This document shows positions 1-8,297 of a stretch of 33,276 nucleotides of DNA, piece after piece. This stretch comes from an uncultured Candidatus Saccharibacteria bacterium (GTDB taxonomy: Bacteria > Patescibacteriota > Minisyncoccia > Minisyncoccales > PEYH01). The notes below the pieces were generated by a model that was not told the origin of the DNA, did no database searches, and worked only from the letters and a program-made list of their open reading frames with translations. The translations under genes and the position numbers were made by a program. The stretch covers positions 1 through 33,276 of the forward strand of contig CAZWQR010000001.1 in assembly GCA_964636195.1 (NCBI GenBank), given 5' to 3'. Position 1 is the stretch's first letter, and the number at the start of each line of letters is the position of its first letter.

Positions 1-398
1 CTTCTTTCTTTTAGAGCCATATGAATGACTCTTCTTTCGTGGGCCGGCATTGGAGCCAGCTCTTTTTCTTCTCTGCTTAAAGCTACTTCATCGGCGCAAC
101 TCCTGGCTAAATCTTTTAAATATTCTACTTTCCTTTTTCTATAATTATTTATATCTAAATGGAGATAAAGCGGCTCTTTGCGGCCTTTTCTTAAAATTTT
201 ACCCAAAAGCGTTTGCAAACAAGCCAAAGTCTTGCCATTTTCCCCAATCAAAGCCTGGGGTTCCTCCATTTTAAGCAAAACAGAAAGCGTGTTGTCTTCC
301 TTTTCAATAGACTCAACTTCGACCTCAAAACCGGCCTTATCGAAAAACTGCTTTAAAAGCTTTTTAACTTCTTTGTCTTGTTTTTTTCTATTAAACAT
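1..398 (-). CDS. jag: Jag/KhpB-type KH + R3H RNA-binding protein (C-terminus runs off the window)
   Basis: Absent from the ORF track because it is open at the window edge. Hand translation from ATG 398..396 gives MFNRKKQDKEVKKLLKQFFDKAGFEVEVESIEKEDNTLSVLLKMEEPQALIGENGKTL...APMPAHERRVIHMALKE. This shows a KH-like GxxG (GENG) and an R3H-like ERRxIH motif. It holds the conserved position downstream of yidC, and its ATG overlaps the yidC stop by 8 nt. Confidence 0.7.
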   Translation of the reverse strand, partial: MFNRKKQDKEVKKLLKQFFDKAGFEVEVESIEKEDNTLSVLLKMEEPQALIGENGKTLACLQTLLGKILRKGRKEPLYLHLDINNYRKRKVEYLKDLARSCADEVALSREEKELAPMPAHERRVIHMALKER

Positions 399-1119
399 TT
401 TCTTTTGGTTTAGATTTCTTTTTAACAAAATACTGCTGAATGGCTGTAAAAACGCCGCTAACAAACAAGTACAACCCCAAAGCAGCTGGCAGTTTGGTCA
501 AAATAAAGCCAAGAAAAATAGGGAAAACATAGACCATTTGTTTCTGAAATATCTGGCCAAACATTGCTTTGTTAGAATCTGGGTTCTTATTTTCCATTTT
601 AGGAGCGCTAATTTTTGCCTGGAAAAAGAAAGCGATTCCAGCTAAAACTGCCAAAACAACAGAGGGCTCGTTTAAATCCATTCCTAGAAACATAGAATTT
701 ATAACTTCTGGTTGCGGAATAAAGCTATAAAGGTATTGAAAATTCTCGATTTGAATGCCCTGCCAAAACATTCGGTATAAAACAATGAGAACAGGAAGCT
801 GGATGAAAAAAACCAACAAGCTGGAAAGGGGATTTATTTTTTCTGTTTTATAAAGCTGCATTACAGCCCTTGCTTGAGCTTCTCTGTCGTTTTTATACTC
901 TTTTTGAATCTTCTTAAGCTTTGGCTGCAGCGACTGAAGCGCCAATTGGGACTTAGTGGCTTTATCTTGGATAGGATAAAGGATTACCCGGATTAATAAG
1001 GTTAAGACAATTATGGCAGCACCTAAGCTCTGGCCAGGAATATAAAGATAAAATAAAATAAGCAGATTAAATAACGGCTGCCATAATATTACGTGAAAAA
1101 ATTTAATAAAAAAATTCAT
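391..1119 (-). CDS. yidC: Membrane protein insertase YidC/Oxa1, short form (242 aa)
   Basis: GAAIIVLTLLIRVILYPI...LQPKLKKIQKEYKNDREAQ...LYKTEKINPLSS...FIQLPVLIVLY matches the YidC core. It lies in the rpmH-rnpA-yidC-jag synteny and overlaps rnpA by 4 nt. Confidence 0.9.
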   Translation of the reverse strand: MNFFIKFFHVILWQPLFNLLILFYLYIPGQSLGAAIIVLTLLIRVILYPIQDKATKSQLALQSLQPKLKKIQKEYKNDREAQARAVMQLYKTEKINPLSSLLVFFIQLPVLIVLYRMFWQGIQIENFQYLYSFIPQPEVINSMFLGMDLNEPSVVLAVLAGIAFFFQAKISAPKMENKNPDSNKAMFGQIFQKQMVYVFPIFLGFILTKLPAALGLYLFVSGVFTAIQQYFVKKKSKPKENV

Positions 1120-1448
1120 AAAATTATTTGGCCAAGAGCTTTTTCAATTTCTGTTTTAATTGTTTTGAAGTCATTTTTAACGCCTGATTTAACTAAAATG
1201 ACAATATCAAAATGTGTTTTATTATTGTCCAACAGGGGCCTCACCGCCTCTCTTATCCTTCTTTTTAAAAGATTTCTAGCTGTCGCCTTCTTAACCACTT
1301 TACTGCTAATCACAATTCCTACCCTGGAATATTCCAAATCGTTTTTTAGATAACTGAATAATAAAAAATCCTGAACAAGACGCCTTCCCTCTTTGAAAAC
1401 TCTTTTGAAGTCCTTATCTTTTTTCAAACGATTCTTTTGAGCCAACAT
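1116..1448 (-). CDS. rnpA: Ribonuclease P protein component
   Basis: 110-aa basic protein starting MLAQKNRLKKDKDFKRVFKEG, located between rpmH and yidC. Confidence 0.85.
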   Translation of the reverse strand: MLAQKNRLKKDKDFKRVFKEGRRLVQDFLLFSYLKNDLEYSRVGIVISSKVVKKATARNLLKRRIREAVRPLLDNNKTHFDIVILVKSGVKNDFKTIKTEIEKALGQIIL

Positions 1449-1452
1449 AAAA

Positions 1453-1587
1453 CTAGGCGCTTAGTTTCTTTCGCCCCTTGGCTCTGCGGTTCTTTAAAAC
1501 CCTTTTTCCAGCTTTGGTTTTAATCCTCGCCCGAAAACCATGCTTTCTCTTCATTTTGATTTTCTTTTTTTTGTAAGTAATAGCCAT
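1453..1587 (-). CDS. rpmH: 50S ribosomal protein L34
   Basis: Below the ORF-track size cutoff. Hand translation gives [44 protein letters not shown] (44 aa) with the L34 signature KRKHGFRxR. It sits upstream of rnpA and divergent from dnaA. Confidence 0.9.
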   Translation of the reverse strand: MAITYKKKKIKMKRKHGFRARIKTKAGKRVLKNRRAKGRKKLSA

Positions 1588-1643
1588 TTTAAACTATAAA
1601 ATTACTCTTCTTAGTATAACTTTTAGCTAGACGTAAGTCAAAC

Positions 1644-1683
1644 TTATCCATTTGTCCTCATGTTATCCACAAATTTTCCACAA
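1644..1683 (+). promoter_or_regulatory. DnaA-box cluster in the rpmH-dnaA intergenic region (oriC part 1 / dnaA autoregulation)
   Basis: Perfect TTATCCACA at 1663-1671. TTTTCCACA (1 mismatch) at 1675-1683. TTATCCATT (2 mismatches) at 1644-1652. Confidence 0.6.
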
Positions 1684-1764
1684 GGGTACGATAAAATCAA
1701 GAAATTTGCTTTTATCACAAAGTTAAATTAATATAAAAATGCACCAATCATTAACCTTAGAGGT

Positions 1765-3114
1765 ATGGATAAACAAGAGCTCTGGCAAACAGCCCTCTCT
1801 CAAATCCAAGTTAAAATATCCCAAGCTAATTTCAATACCTGGTTTAAGAATACGCAAATAATAGAAAGAGAAAAGAATAAAATTGTTGTCGGAGTGCCTA
1901 ACAGTTTTTCCAAAGAATGGCTGGAAAAAAAATACCACCGCCTTATTTTAGAAGTCTTACAAGACTTAAAAGAAAGAGTCAAACACTTAGAGTATAAAAT
2001 CGTACCCGTGAGGATTCAAGAAACTAATTTTAATAGAAACTTCAGGGTTTCTGTGAACCAACTAGAACTAGAGGAGCTTACTTTAAACAAGAGAACCAAT
2101 CTTAATCCCAAATATACTTTTGATAATTTTATAGTGGGCCCTTTTAATGAATTAGCTCACGCCGCAGCCACAGCCATTACTAAAAGACCAGGACATGTCT
2201 ATAATCCTTTTTTTGTTTATGGCGGCGTAGGGCTTGGCAAAACCCATCTTTTACAAGCTATTGGCAATAAGATTAGCCAAGATTTTGGAAAAAAGAAAAT
2301 AAGATATTTTCCTTCCGAAAGATTTACTACCGGCATTATCAATGCCATTAGAAACCAAACTATTGATAAGTTTAAAGAAGAATATCGCCAATTTGACGTT
2401 TTAATCATTGATGATATCCAATTCTTGGCAGGCAAAGAAAAAACTCAGGAAGAATTTTTCCACCTTTTCAACATCCTCTATGAAGACAATAAACAAATCA
2501 TTATTTCTTCTGATAGGCCGCCAAGGGCCATATCTGCGCTAGAGGAACGTTTGCGCTCTAGGTTTGAGGGAGGAATGATAGCGGACATCAAGGCGCCGGA
2601 TTTTGAAAGCCGAAGCGCTATTCTAAAACAAAAACTCCAAGAGAAAAAAACTTTATTAGACGAACTCATACTTGAATACATTGCTAGTAATGTCCAGAAA
2701 AATGTCCGCGAATTAGAGGGTGCCTTAAACCGCCTAGTCGCTTGGCAGGAACTAAATAGCCAAAACATTGACCTAGAGTTAGCTAAAAACTTACTAAAAA
2801 AAACTATCCAGCCCCAAAGCCAAAAGACCACTTTTCAGAAAGTGGTCAAAGTAGTGGCCGAATTCTACAACCTAAAAGAGAAAGAACTGTTCTTGAATTC
2901 CCGAAAAAAAGAAATTGTTAAACCGCGCCAAATTGCTATGTATTTCCTAAGGCAAGAGCTTAATAGCTCTTACCCTTTTATAGGGAAAAAATTCGGCGGA
3001 AAAGACCATACTACCGCTATTTATGCCTGCAATAAAATAAGCGAAGAAATTGAGAGAAATGAACAATTAGCCGAAGAGATTGAGGTTATCAAAGAAAAAA
3101 TATATGCTTACTAA
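1765..3114 (+). CDS. dnaA: Chromosomal replication initiator DnaA
   Basis: 449 aa. Walker A GGVGLGKTHLLQAIG, sensor/box motifs (LIIDDIQFL, SSDRPP, RSRFEGG) and the C-terminal DNA-binding domain (RQIAMYF...GGKDHTT). AGAGG Shine-Dalgarno lies before the ATG. Confidence 0.97.
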   Translation: MDKQELWQTALSQIQVKISQANFNTWFKNTQIIEREKNKIVVGVPNSFSKEWLEKKYHRLILEVLQDLKERVKHLEYKIVPVRIQETNFNRNFRVSVNQLELEELTLNKRTNLNPKYTFDNFIVGPFNELAHAAATAITKRPGHVYNPFFVYGGVGLGKTHLLQAIGNKISQDFGKKKIRYFPSERFTTGIINAIRNQTIDKFKEEYRQFDVLIIDDIQFLAGKEKTQEEFFHLFNILYEDNKQIIISSDRPPRAISALEERLRSRFEGGMIADIKAPDFESRSAILKQKLQEKKTLLDELILEYIASNVQKNVRELEGALNRLVAWQELNSQNIDLELAKNLLKKTIQPQSQKTTFQKVVKVVAEFYNLKEKELFLNSRKKEIVKPRQIAMYFLRQELNSSYPFIGKKFGGKDHTTAIYACNKISEEIERNEQLAEEIEVIKEKIYAY

Positions 3115-3352
3115 GCCTGTTAAAAATTTGTTAATAAAACGTTGGTATCTCTGTGTAAAAAAGCTGGCAAAAATGTAGATAAAAATTAAACAAACCAACC
3201 CAAAAATATTCCTCAACAAAAATCAAGTATTTATTAACTAACTTATAAACAATTTGTCCTCATGGTTAATGCTTAAAAATACAAGAAAAAACATTAAAAA
3301 TTAAATAATAAATAGCTTCTTAATAGTATTAAGAAGAATTAATTAAATAATT
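3115..3352. other. Candidate oriC part 2: very AT-rich dnaA-dnaN spacer with a DnaA-box variant and a palindrome
   Basis: 238 bp without an ORF. TGTAGATAA (reverse complement TTATCTACA, 1 mismatch) at 3174-3182. Long A/T runs at 3270-3352 could act as an unwinding element. A 21-bp perfect palindrome CTTCTTAATAgTATTAAGAAG lies at 3316-3336. Confidence 0.45.
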
Positions 3353-4483
3353 ATGAAAACTACTGTTTTAAAAAATAATTTTTCGAAAGCTTTGAGCGTA
3401 GTCGAAAGAATCACAGGTAAAAATTTAACCTTGCCTATTTTAGAAAACGCTTTAATAAGCGCAGACGAAAATACGCTAAAGCTAGAAACTACTGATTTAG
3501 AGGTGGGGATTAATTATTGGATAAGCGCCAAAATAACAGAAAAAGGCAAAATTACCATTCCAGTTAAACCCTTATCAAGTTTCGTCTCTTTAATTAATGA
3601 AGAAAAGATAGATATAGAAACAAAAAATAATACACTTACCCTTAAAGGTGAAAGCTATAAAACTCAAATTAAAGGATTAGATGCTAAAGATTTTCCTATT
3701 ATTCCTGAAATTACTGACGATGTTTGGGTAGAGTTGGAAACAGAGATTTTTTCTAAAGCAGTAATGCAGGTAATAGATTTTTGCGCTCTAACTCAAACCA
3801 GATTAGAGCTTTCTGGTATCTATTTCTATTTTGAGAAAAACGAAGCCAAAATGGTCAGTACTGACAGTTTTAGGCTGGCAGAAAGAACTATCCCCCTCAC
3901 CGCAACCTCTAATAATTTTGAGCCTCAATCTTTTATTCTGCCCAAAAGCGCAGCTAGGGAATTGATAAATATATTTTCTCAAAAAACAGACAAACTTAAA
4001 CTTTATCTTTCTCCAAACCAAATTATGGCTGAACAAAAGTTTCCAGACACAGATAGGCCTCAAGTTCGTTTAGTAACTCGCTTAATAGAGGGCGATTACC
4101 CGAATTATCAAGAGGTCATTCCCAAAAGACAAAAGACTAGAATTAAAGTTAAAAAAGAAATTTTCTTGAACCAAATCAAAAAAGCCAGTCTTTTTAGTGG
4201 AAGAAGCAATGAGGTGCGTCTGGAAATTAAACCGGAAAAATCAAAGCTTGTTATTACAGCTCAAAATGTAGACTTGGGCGAAACTCAATCTATTGTTAAT
4301 GTAGGAGCTTCTGGCGAGGAGGTAAAAATAGCTTTTAACTGTAAGTTTTTGTTAGAGGGAATAAATCAAATAGCGGATCAAGAGCTGCTTTTAGAGTTAA
4401 GCGGTTCTGAAGGTCCTGGCTTGATAAAACCAGCTTCAGACAGTAGTTTCTTATACGTTTTAATGCCTATAAAATCTAACTAG
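3353..4483 (+). CDS. dnaN: DNA polymerase III beta sliding clamp
   Basis: 376 aa with typical clamp N-terminus (LSVVERITGKNLTLPILENALISA...LKLETTDLEVGI). Located immediately after dnaA. Confidence 0.95.
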   Translation: MKTTVLKNNFSKALSVVERITGKNLTLPILENALISADENTLKLETTDLEVGINYWISAKITEKGKITIPVKPLSSFVSLINEEKIDIETKNNTLTLKGESYKTQIKGLDAKDFPIIPEITDDVWVELETEIFSKAVMQVIDFCALTQTRLELSGIYFYFEKNEAKMVSTDSFRLAERTIPLTATSNNFEPQSFILPKSAARELINIFSQKTDKLKLYLSPNQIMAEQKFPDTDRPQVRLVTRLIEGDYPNYQEVIPKRQKTRIKVKKEIFLNQIKKASLFSGRSNEVRLEIKPEKSKLVITAQNVDLGETQSIVNVGASGEEVKIAFNCKFLLEGINQIADQELLLELSGSEGPGLIKPASDSSFLYVLMPIKSN

Positions 4484-4484
4484 A

Positions 4485-4775
4485 ATGTTTGAGCGGCTTT
4501 CCGGTATTATTAAAAGAAAGAAGTTTTCCTTTCAAAGAGAAGTAGATGCGCTGGAGATTTTTGATGCCTTTGTAAAAACCATAAAAGAGATTTTTGATTC
4601 TTCAATAGCCGAAGACTGTAAGCCCCTTAGTTTTAAACAAGGAGTTTTAAAAGTAGCAGTATCTAATTCTACTCTAGCTCAAGAACTTCAGGTTAGAAAA
4701 AATATCATTATTAGGAGTATCAATGAAGACATTGGCCAAACCAGAGTGAAATCTCTTCTATTTCAACTTAGTTAA
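4485..4775 (+). CDS. DUF721-domain protein (DciA-like candidate helicase-loading factor)
   Basis: 96 aa. CKPLSFKQGVLKVAVSNSTLAQELQVRKNIIIRSINEDIGQTRVKSLLFQL fits my memory of the DUF721 pattern (p..l..g.L.v.v.ss.wa.eL......li..ln...g...v..i.f). It starts 1 nt after the dnaN stop. Confidence 0.55.
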   Translation: MFERLSGIIKRKKFSFQREVDALEIFDAFVKTIKEIFDSSIAEDCKPLSFKQGVLKVAVSNSTLAQELQVRKNIIIRSINEDIGQTRVKSLLFQLS

Positions 4776-6674
4776 AGCCACATCCATAAATTGATGCCAA
4801 ATTGGTCCGGCCATTGTTAAACCGGGCTTTTTTGCTGTTGAGGAATTATCGTTATTTCCGGTCCAGACCCCAGCAGCTATTGATTGGTTATAGCCGATAG
4901 CCCAGGCATCCCTAAAACCGTCGGTAGTACCGGTTTTAGCGGCTACTTCAGGGTGTTGGGGGAAATAAAGATAGGAGTTTCTGCCAAACATAGGCGCCCT
5001 AGCGTTATTGTCAGAAAGAATGCTGGTTATATTTTTGCAGACCTGCTCCGAAAGCACTCTTTTAGGTGTGCTCTTGCCTGCCTCTATCACATTTCCGTTT
5101 TTGTCTTCTATTTTTAAGATGGGAGTAGGCGGTACTCTCAAACCATTGTTAGCAAATACGCTATAGGCAGAAACCATATCTAAAAGTTTCACTTCGCCAG
5201 ATCCTAAAACCAAAGAAGGTCCGTAGAAAGAAGCTCCCTGATTAAGGGTGCTAATTCCCATATCGTGAGCTGTGTTCAAGGAGTCCTGGATGCCGGCCTT
5301 TAAAAGAACTTTAATAGCTGGAATGTTCAAGGATTGAGCCAGGGCTTGCCTGAAAGTCACCGCCCCCCTATATAAGCCATCATAGTTTTTGGGGATATAA
5401 TCTTTGCCACCCCAAGTGCCAAAATTAGTTCTTTCATCCACCACAATAGAATTGGGAGTATAACCCTTTTTAAAAGCTGTAGCATAAACAAAAGGTTTAA
5501 AAGCTGAGCCTGGCTGCTGTCCTTCTCCATAGACCGCCACATTGACTTTGGGTTCGAATTTGCAGTTAACTCCAGGAGTACAATTCTTGGGATACGCTTC
5601 TCCAAAATAGTCCTTCGATCCAACCATAGCCACTATTTCTCCGTTATATGGGGTTATGGCTATCAGAGCGCCGTTATAAGAATGATAATATTTATTAGCT
5701 TCAACTCCTTTTTTCACTATTTCTTCTGCTTTCTCTTGTAGCTCCACATCAAGGGTTGTATAAACCTTTAACCCGTTTTTGCTTAAAAAATCAATACCGT
5801 ATTTTTTTAAAAGGTAATTTTCTACATAAAGCGTAAAATGGGGCGCGATGGTTAGCGATTTGCTTTGTTCAGCAAATTTTATTTCTTCTTGTTTGGCTGA
5901 CTCAAGCGTTTTTTGGTCAATAAATCCCTCTTGCTTCATTCTTTCTAAAACAAAATCCTTTCTTTTCATTAATTCTTCGTTATGCTCGCCAAAAGGATAA
6001 TAATAGCTCGGAGCCTTAATTAAGGATGTAATAATAGCTGATTCCGGAAGAGTCAGCTCTGAAACATCTTTATTAAAATAAGTTTTTGCCGCCTCGCCTA
6101 CGCCATAGATGTTGGGGCCCAAAGGTATTTGGTTGATATACCATTCTAATATCTGATCTTTACTATAACGCCTTTCCAATTCCAAGCTAAGCACCACTTC
6201 CCTTATTTTTCTTTGAATGCTTTTTTCGAGAGTTAAATAAGTAGATCTGATTAATTGTTGGCTAATAGTGGAAGCTCCTTGAGCCGGCGTTTTCAATCGC
6301 AAATCCACCAAAATGGCTCTAATAATACTTTTTAGGTCCAGCCCTTTGTGGTTATAAAAATCTGCGTCTTCAGTGGCTAAAATAGCCTTAATTAAACTAT
6401 CGGGCGCTTGATCAAGTTTTATTGGACTTCTTTTTTCTTCTTGGTAGATAGTTCTTAAAAGGGTTTCTCCGGTGCGATCATAAATGCGCGTAGGCAGAAT
6501 CTCTTGTCGTTCACTAAAGACCTCTGGGCGAGGCAGATCTTTAGCATAAAAGATAAAAACAGCCAAAGCTATAAGCAGGCCAATTAAAAGGCAAAAAATA
6601 AATAAAGGTACTGCTAAAGCTAAGAACCTTTTTATTTTAGATTTACTCTTGATTGTTTTACGAAAATAGGACAT
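4758..6674 (-). CDS. Class A penicillin-binding protein (GT51 transglycosylase + transpeptidase)
   Basis: GT51 motif ATEDADFYNHKGLD. Transpeptidase motifs SAFK (SxxK), SLN (SxN) and KTGTT (KTG). One N-terminal TM helix. I prefer ATG 6674 (MSYFRKT) over the ORF-track TTG at 6725, because 6682-6710 is a strong terminator-type hairpin. Confidence 0.9.
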   Translation of the reverse strand: MSYFRKTIKSKSKIKRFLALAVPLFIFCLLIGLLIALAVFIFYAKDLPRPEVFSERQEILPTRIYDRTGETLLRTIYQEEKRSPIKLDQAPDSLIKAILATEDADFYNHKGLDLKSIIRAILVDLRLKTPAQGASTISQQLIRSTYLTLEKSIQRKIREVVLSLELERRYSKDQILEWYINQIPLGPNIYGVGEAAKTYFNKDVSELTLPESAIITSLIKAPSYYYPFGEHNEELMKRKDFVLERMKQEGFIDQKTLESAKQEEIKFAEQSKSLTIAPHFTLYVENYLLKKYGIDFLSKNGLKVYTTLDVELQEKAEEIVKKGVEANKYYHSYNGALIAITPYNGEIVAMVGSKDYFGEAYPKNCTPGVNCKFEPKVNVAVYGEGQQPGSAFKPFVYATAFKKGYTPNSIVVDERTNFGTWGGKDYIPKNYDGLYRGAVTFRQALAQSLNIPAIKVLLKAGIQDSLNTAHDMGISTLNQGASFYGPSLVLGSGEVKLLDMVSAYSVFANNGLRVPPTPILKIEDKNGNVIEAGKSTPKRVLSEQVCKNITSILSDNNARAPMFGRNSYLYFPQHPEVAAKTGTTDGFRDAWAIGYNQSIAAGVWTGNNDNSSTAKKPGLTMAGPIWHQFMDVALTKLK

Positions 6675-6681
6675 AGTTTTC

Positions 6682-6710
6682 AAAAATCCCGCCAGCTTGG
6701 CGGGATTTTT
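6682..6710. terminator. Bidirectional intrinsic-terminator-type hairpin between the acidic ORF and the PBP ATG
   Basis: AAAAATCCCGCC-agctt-GGCGGGATTTTT: 12-bp perfect stem with a GC core, 5-nt loop, A5 on one side and T5 on the other. Confidence 0.7.
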
Positions 6711-6725
6711 GAAATCTTGCAGCAA

Positions 6726-6980
6726 TTAATCCTCTAAATCTTCTTCATCATCTGTATCGTCGTCTATATCATCATCCATGTCATCATCTGTGCTTTCATC
6801 TGCGTCGCTAACTTCTTCTTCTAAATCCTCGCTGTCATCTGTGTCAGAGGCTTCTCCTTTGTCCTCATCTCCGAGATCTTCTGTTTGATTAGTGAACTCA
6901 GCGGCATCATCAGTTTCTTCTTCTTCTGGTTCATCAACCTGACTGATGATAGCATCGAGGTTTTTATCTTCGTATTCCAT
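6726..6980 (-). CDS. Hypothetical extremely acidic protein (84 aa, 46 Asp/Glu, 2 Lys, 0 Arg)
   Basis: Open frame MEYEDKNLDAIISQVDEPEEEETDD...DDDMDDDIDDDTDDEEDLED. It is preceded by a consensus promoter and followed by a terminator hairpin. I recognise no family. Confidence 0.55.
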   Translation of the reverse strand: MEYEDKNLDAIISQVDEPEEEETDDAAEFTNQTEDLGDEDKGEASDTDDSEDLEEEVSDADESTDDDMDDDIDDDTDDEEDLED

Positions 6981-7033
6981 GTTTATTTGATTTTAATTGT
7001 AAAAAGAGACGACCTTTTTCTCTTTGTAACATC

Positions 7034-7061
7034 ATTATAAGGAGTTTAAAAAGCTTGTCAA
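7034..7061 (-). promoter_or_regulatory. Consensus sigma70-type promoter for the acidic ORF
   Basis: On the minus strand: TTGACA (7061..7056, overlapping the ruvC stop), 16-nt spacer, TATAAT (7039..7034). Confidence 0.5.
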
Positions 7062-7543
7062 GAGGATTTGCTCTTTTTGAGCAAATAGGCGCAACTTATA
7101 GCTAAACCGAGGGCATCAGCCGCATCATCTGGCTTCGGGATTTGGTCTAAATCTAACAACAGTTTTATCATTTTTTGAACTTGGTTCTTTTGGGCCCGGC
7201 CATAGCCCACTATATTCATCTTGACCTGGAGAGGCGTAAATTCATAAACAGGCAGCTTTTTTTTAGCTGCTGCCAATAAAATGACCCCTCTGGCTTGGCT
7301 TACAGGAATGGCGGTTTTGGCATTTTTAAAAAAGAAGACTTTTTCTACTGACAAAGCGTTGGGGCGGTATTTTTTTATCAGTCCATTCAGCTCATTATAT
7401 ATTAGCTGAAGCCTTTTTTCCGGAGATAGTTCTTTGTCGGTTTTAATACAGCCGTAAGCTAGATATTTTAACCTTTTTTTAGTGAAATCTAAAACACCGT
7501 AACCGGTAGTAGCTGTTCCCGGATCAATACCTAAGATAATCAT
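7058..7543 (-). CDS. ruvC: Holliday junction resolvase RuvC
   Basis: MIILGIDPGTATTGYGVL N-terminus with catalytic Asp. 161 aa. C-terminal DAADALGLAI motif. Confidence 0.92.
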   Translation of the reverse strand: MIILGIDPGTATTGYGVLDFTKKRLKYLAYGCIKTDKELSPEKRLQLIYNELNGLIKKYRPNALSVEKVFFFKNAKTAIPVSQARGVILLAAAKKKLPVYEFTPLQVKMNIVGYGRAQKNQVQKMIKLLLDLDQIPKPDDAADALGLAISCAYLLKKSKSS

Positions 7544-7589
7544 AAATTATTATTTAACTCCATTTCTATTGTATCAGAAAATCAAATTA

Positions 7590-8297
7590 TTAAAGCTTTA
7601 TGTTTGAGTAGACTTCTTGGACGTCGTCATTTTCCCCTAAAGCCTCAAAAAGCTTTTTAATTGATTCTGTCTCTTTTATTTCTATCTCGTCTTTAGGCAC
7701 CCAGCCTAAAGTGGCTGATTCTATTTCAAAGCTCGTTTCTAGTTTTTTCTTTACTTCATCTAGATTATTAGGTGTAGTATAGACCTCTAAGATATTGCCT
7801 TGCCAGCTTAGGTCCTGAGCTCCGGCGTCAATGGCTTTAAGTTCTGCGTTTTCTTTGCTTTCTTGCTTGGGTTCAATAACTATTATTCCTTTGTTTTCAA
7901 ACTGCCATCTTACAGATCCTTCTTCTGCCATCTTAGCATTATGCTGGTTAAGGATTGTTTTGACCTCGTTTAAAGCTCTGTTGCGATTACTGGTTATGCC
8001 GGTAATTATTAAAGCGCTTTTAGCCGGCCCATAGGCCTCAAAAACAAATTCTTCTAAGTTTTCTCCCTCAAGCTCGCCAGTCCCTCTTTTGATAGCTTTT
8101 TCTATACTATCATTAGGCATATTGGCTTTTTTGGCTTTTTCTATTGCCATTCTGAGGGTGGGGTTTAAGTCGGGATCCGGCCCTTTCCTCGCGGCCACAC
8201 TGATTATTTTTGATAATTTAGAAAACAGCTTGCCTCTTTTTTTATCAGCAGCCCCTTTAGCGTGTTTTATACTTGACCAATGACTATGTCCACTCAT
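7590..8297 (-). CDS. yebC: YebC/PmpR family DNA-binding regulator
   Basis: MSGHSHWSSIKHAKGAADKKRGKLFSKL is the family N-terminal signature. 235 aa. Adjacent to ruvC as in many bacteria. Confidence 0.9.
   Translation of the reverse strand: MSGHSHWSSIKHAKGAADKKRGKLFSKLSKIISVAARKGPDPDLNPTLRMAIEKAKKANMPNDSIEKAIKRGTGELEGENLEEFVFEAYGPAKSALIITGITSNRNRALNEVKTILNQHNAKMAEEGSVRWQFENKGIIVIEPKQESKENAELKAIDAGAQDLSWQGNILEVYTTPNNLDEVKKKLETSFEIESATLGWVPKDEIEIKETESIKKLFEALGENDDVQEVYSNIKL

Noticed and set aside
50-645. Plus-strand ORFs 50-274 and 178-645 at the left edge
   Set aside because: They are antisense to the jag and yidC coding sequences, which have clear family motifs and conserved synteny.
6675-6725. 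TTG start at 6725 for the PBP gene, abutting the acidic ORF stop
   Set aside because: It would force a 12-bp GC-cored hairpin flanked by A5/T5 into coding sequence. ATG 6674 gives a normal short cytoplasmic tail plus TM helix. It is kept as an alternative in the finding.
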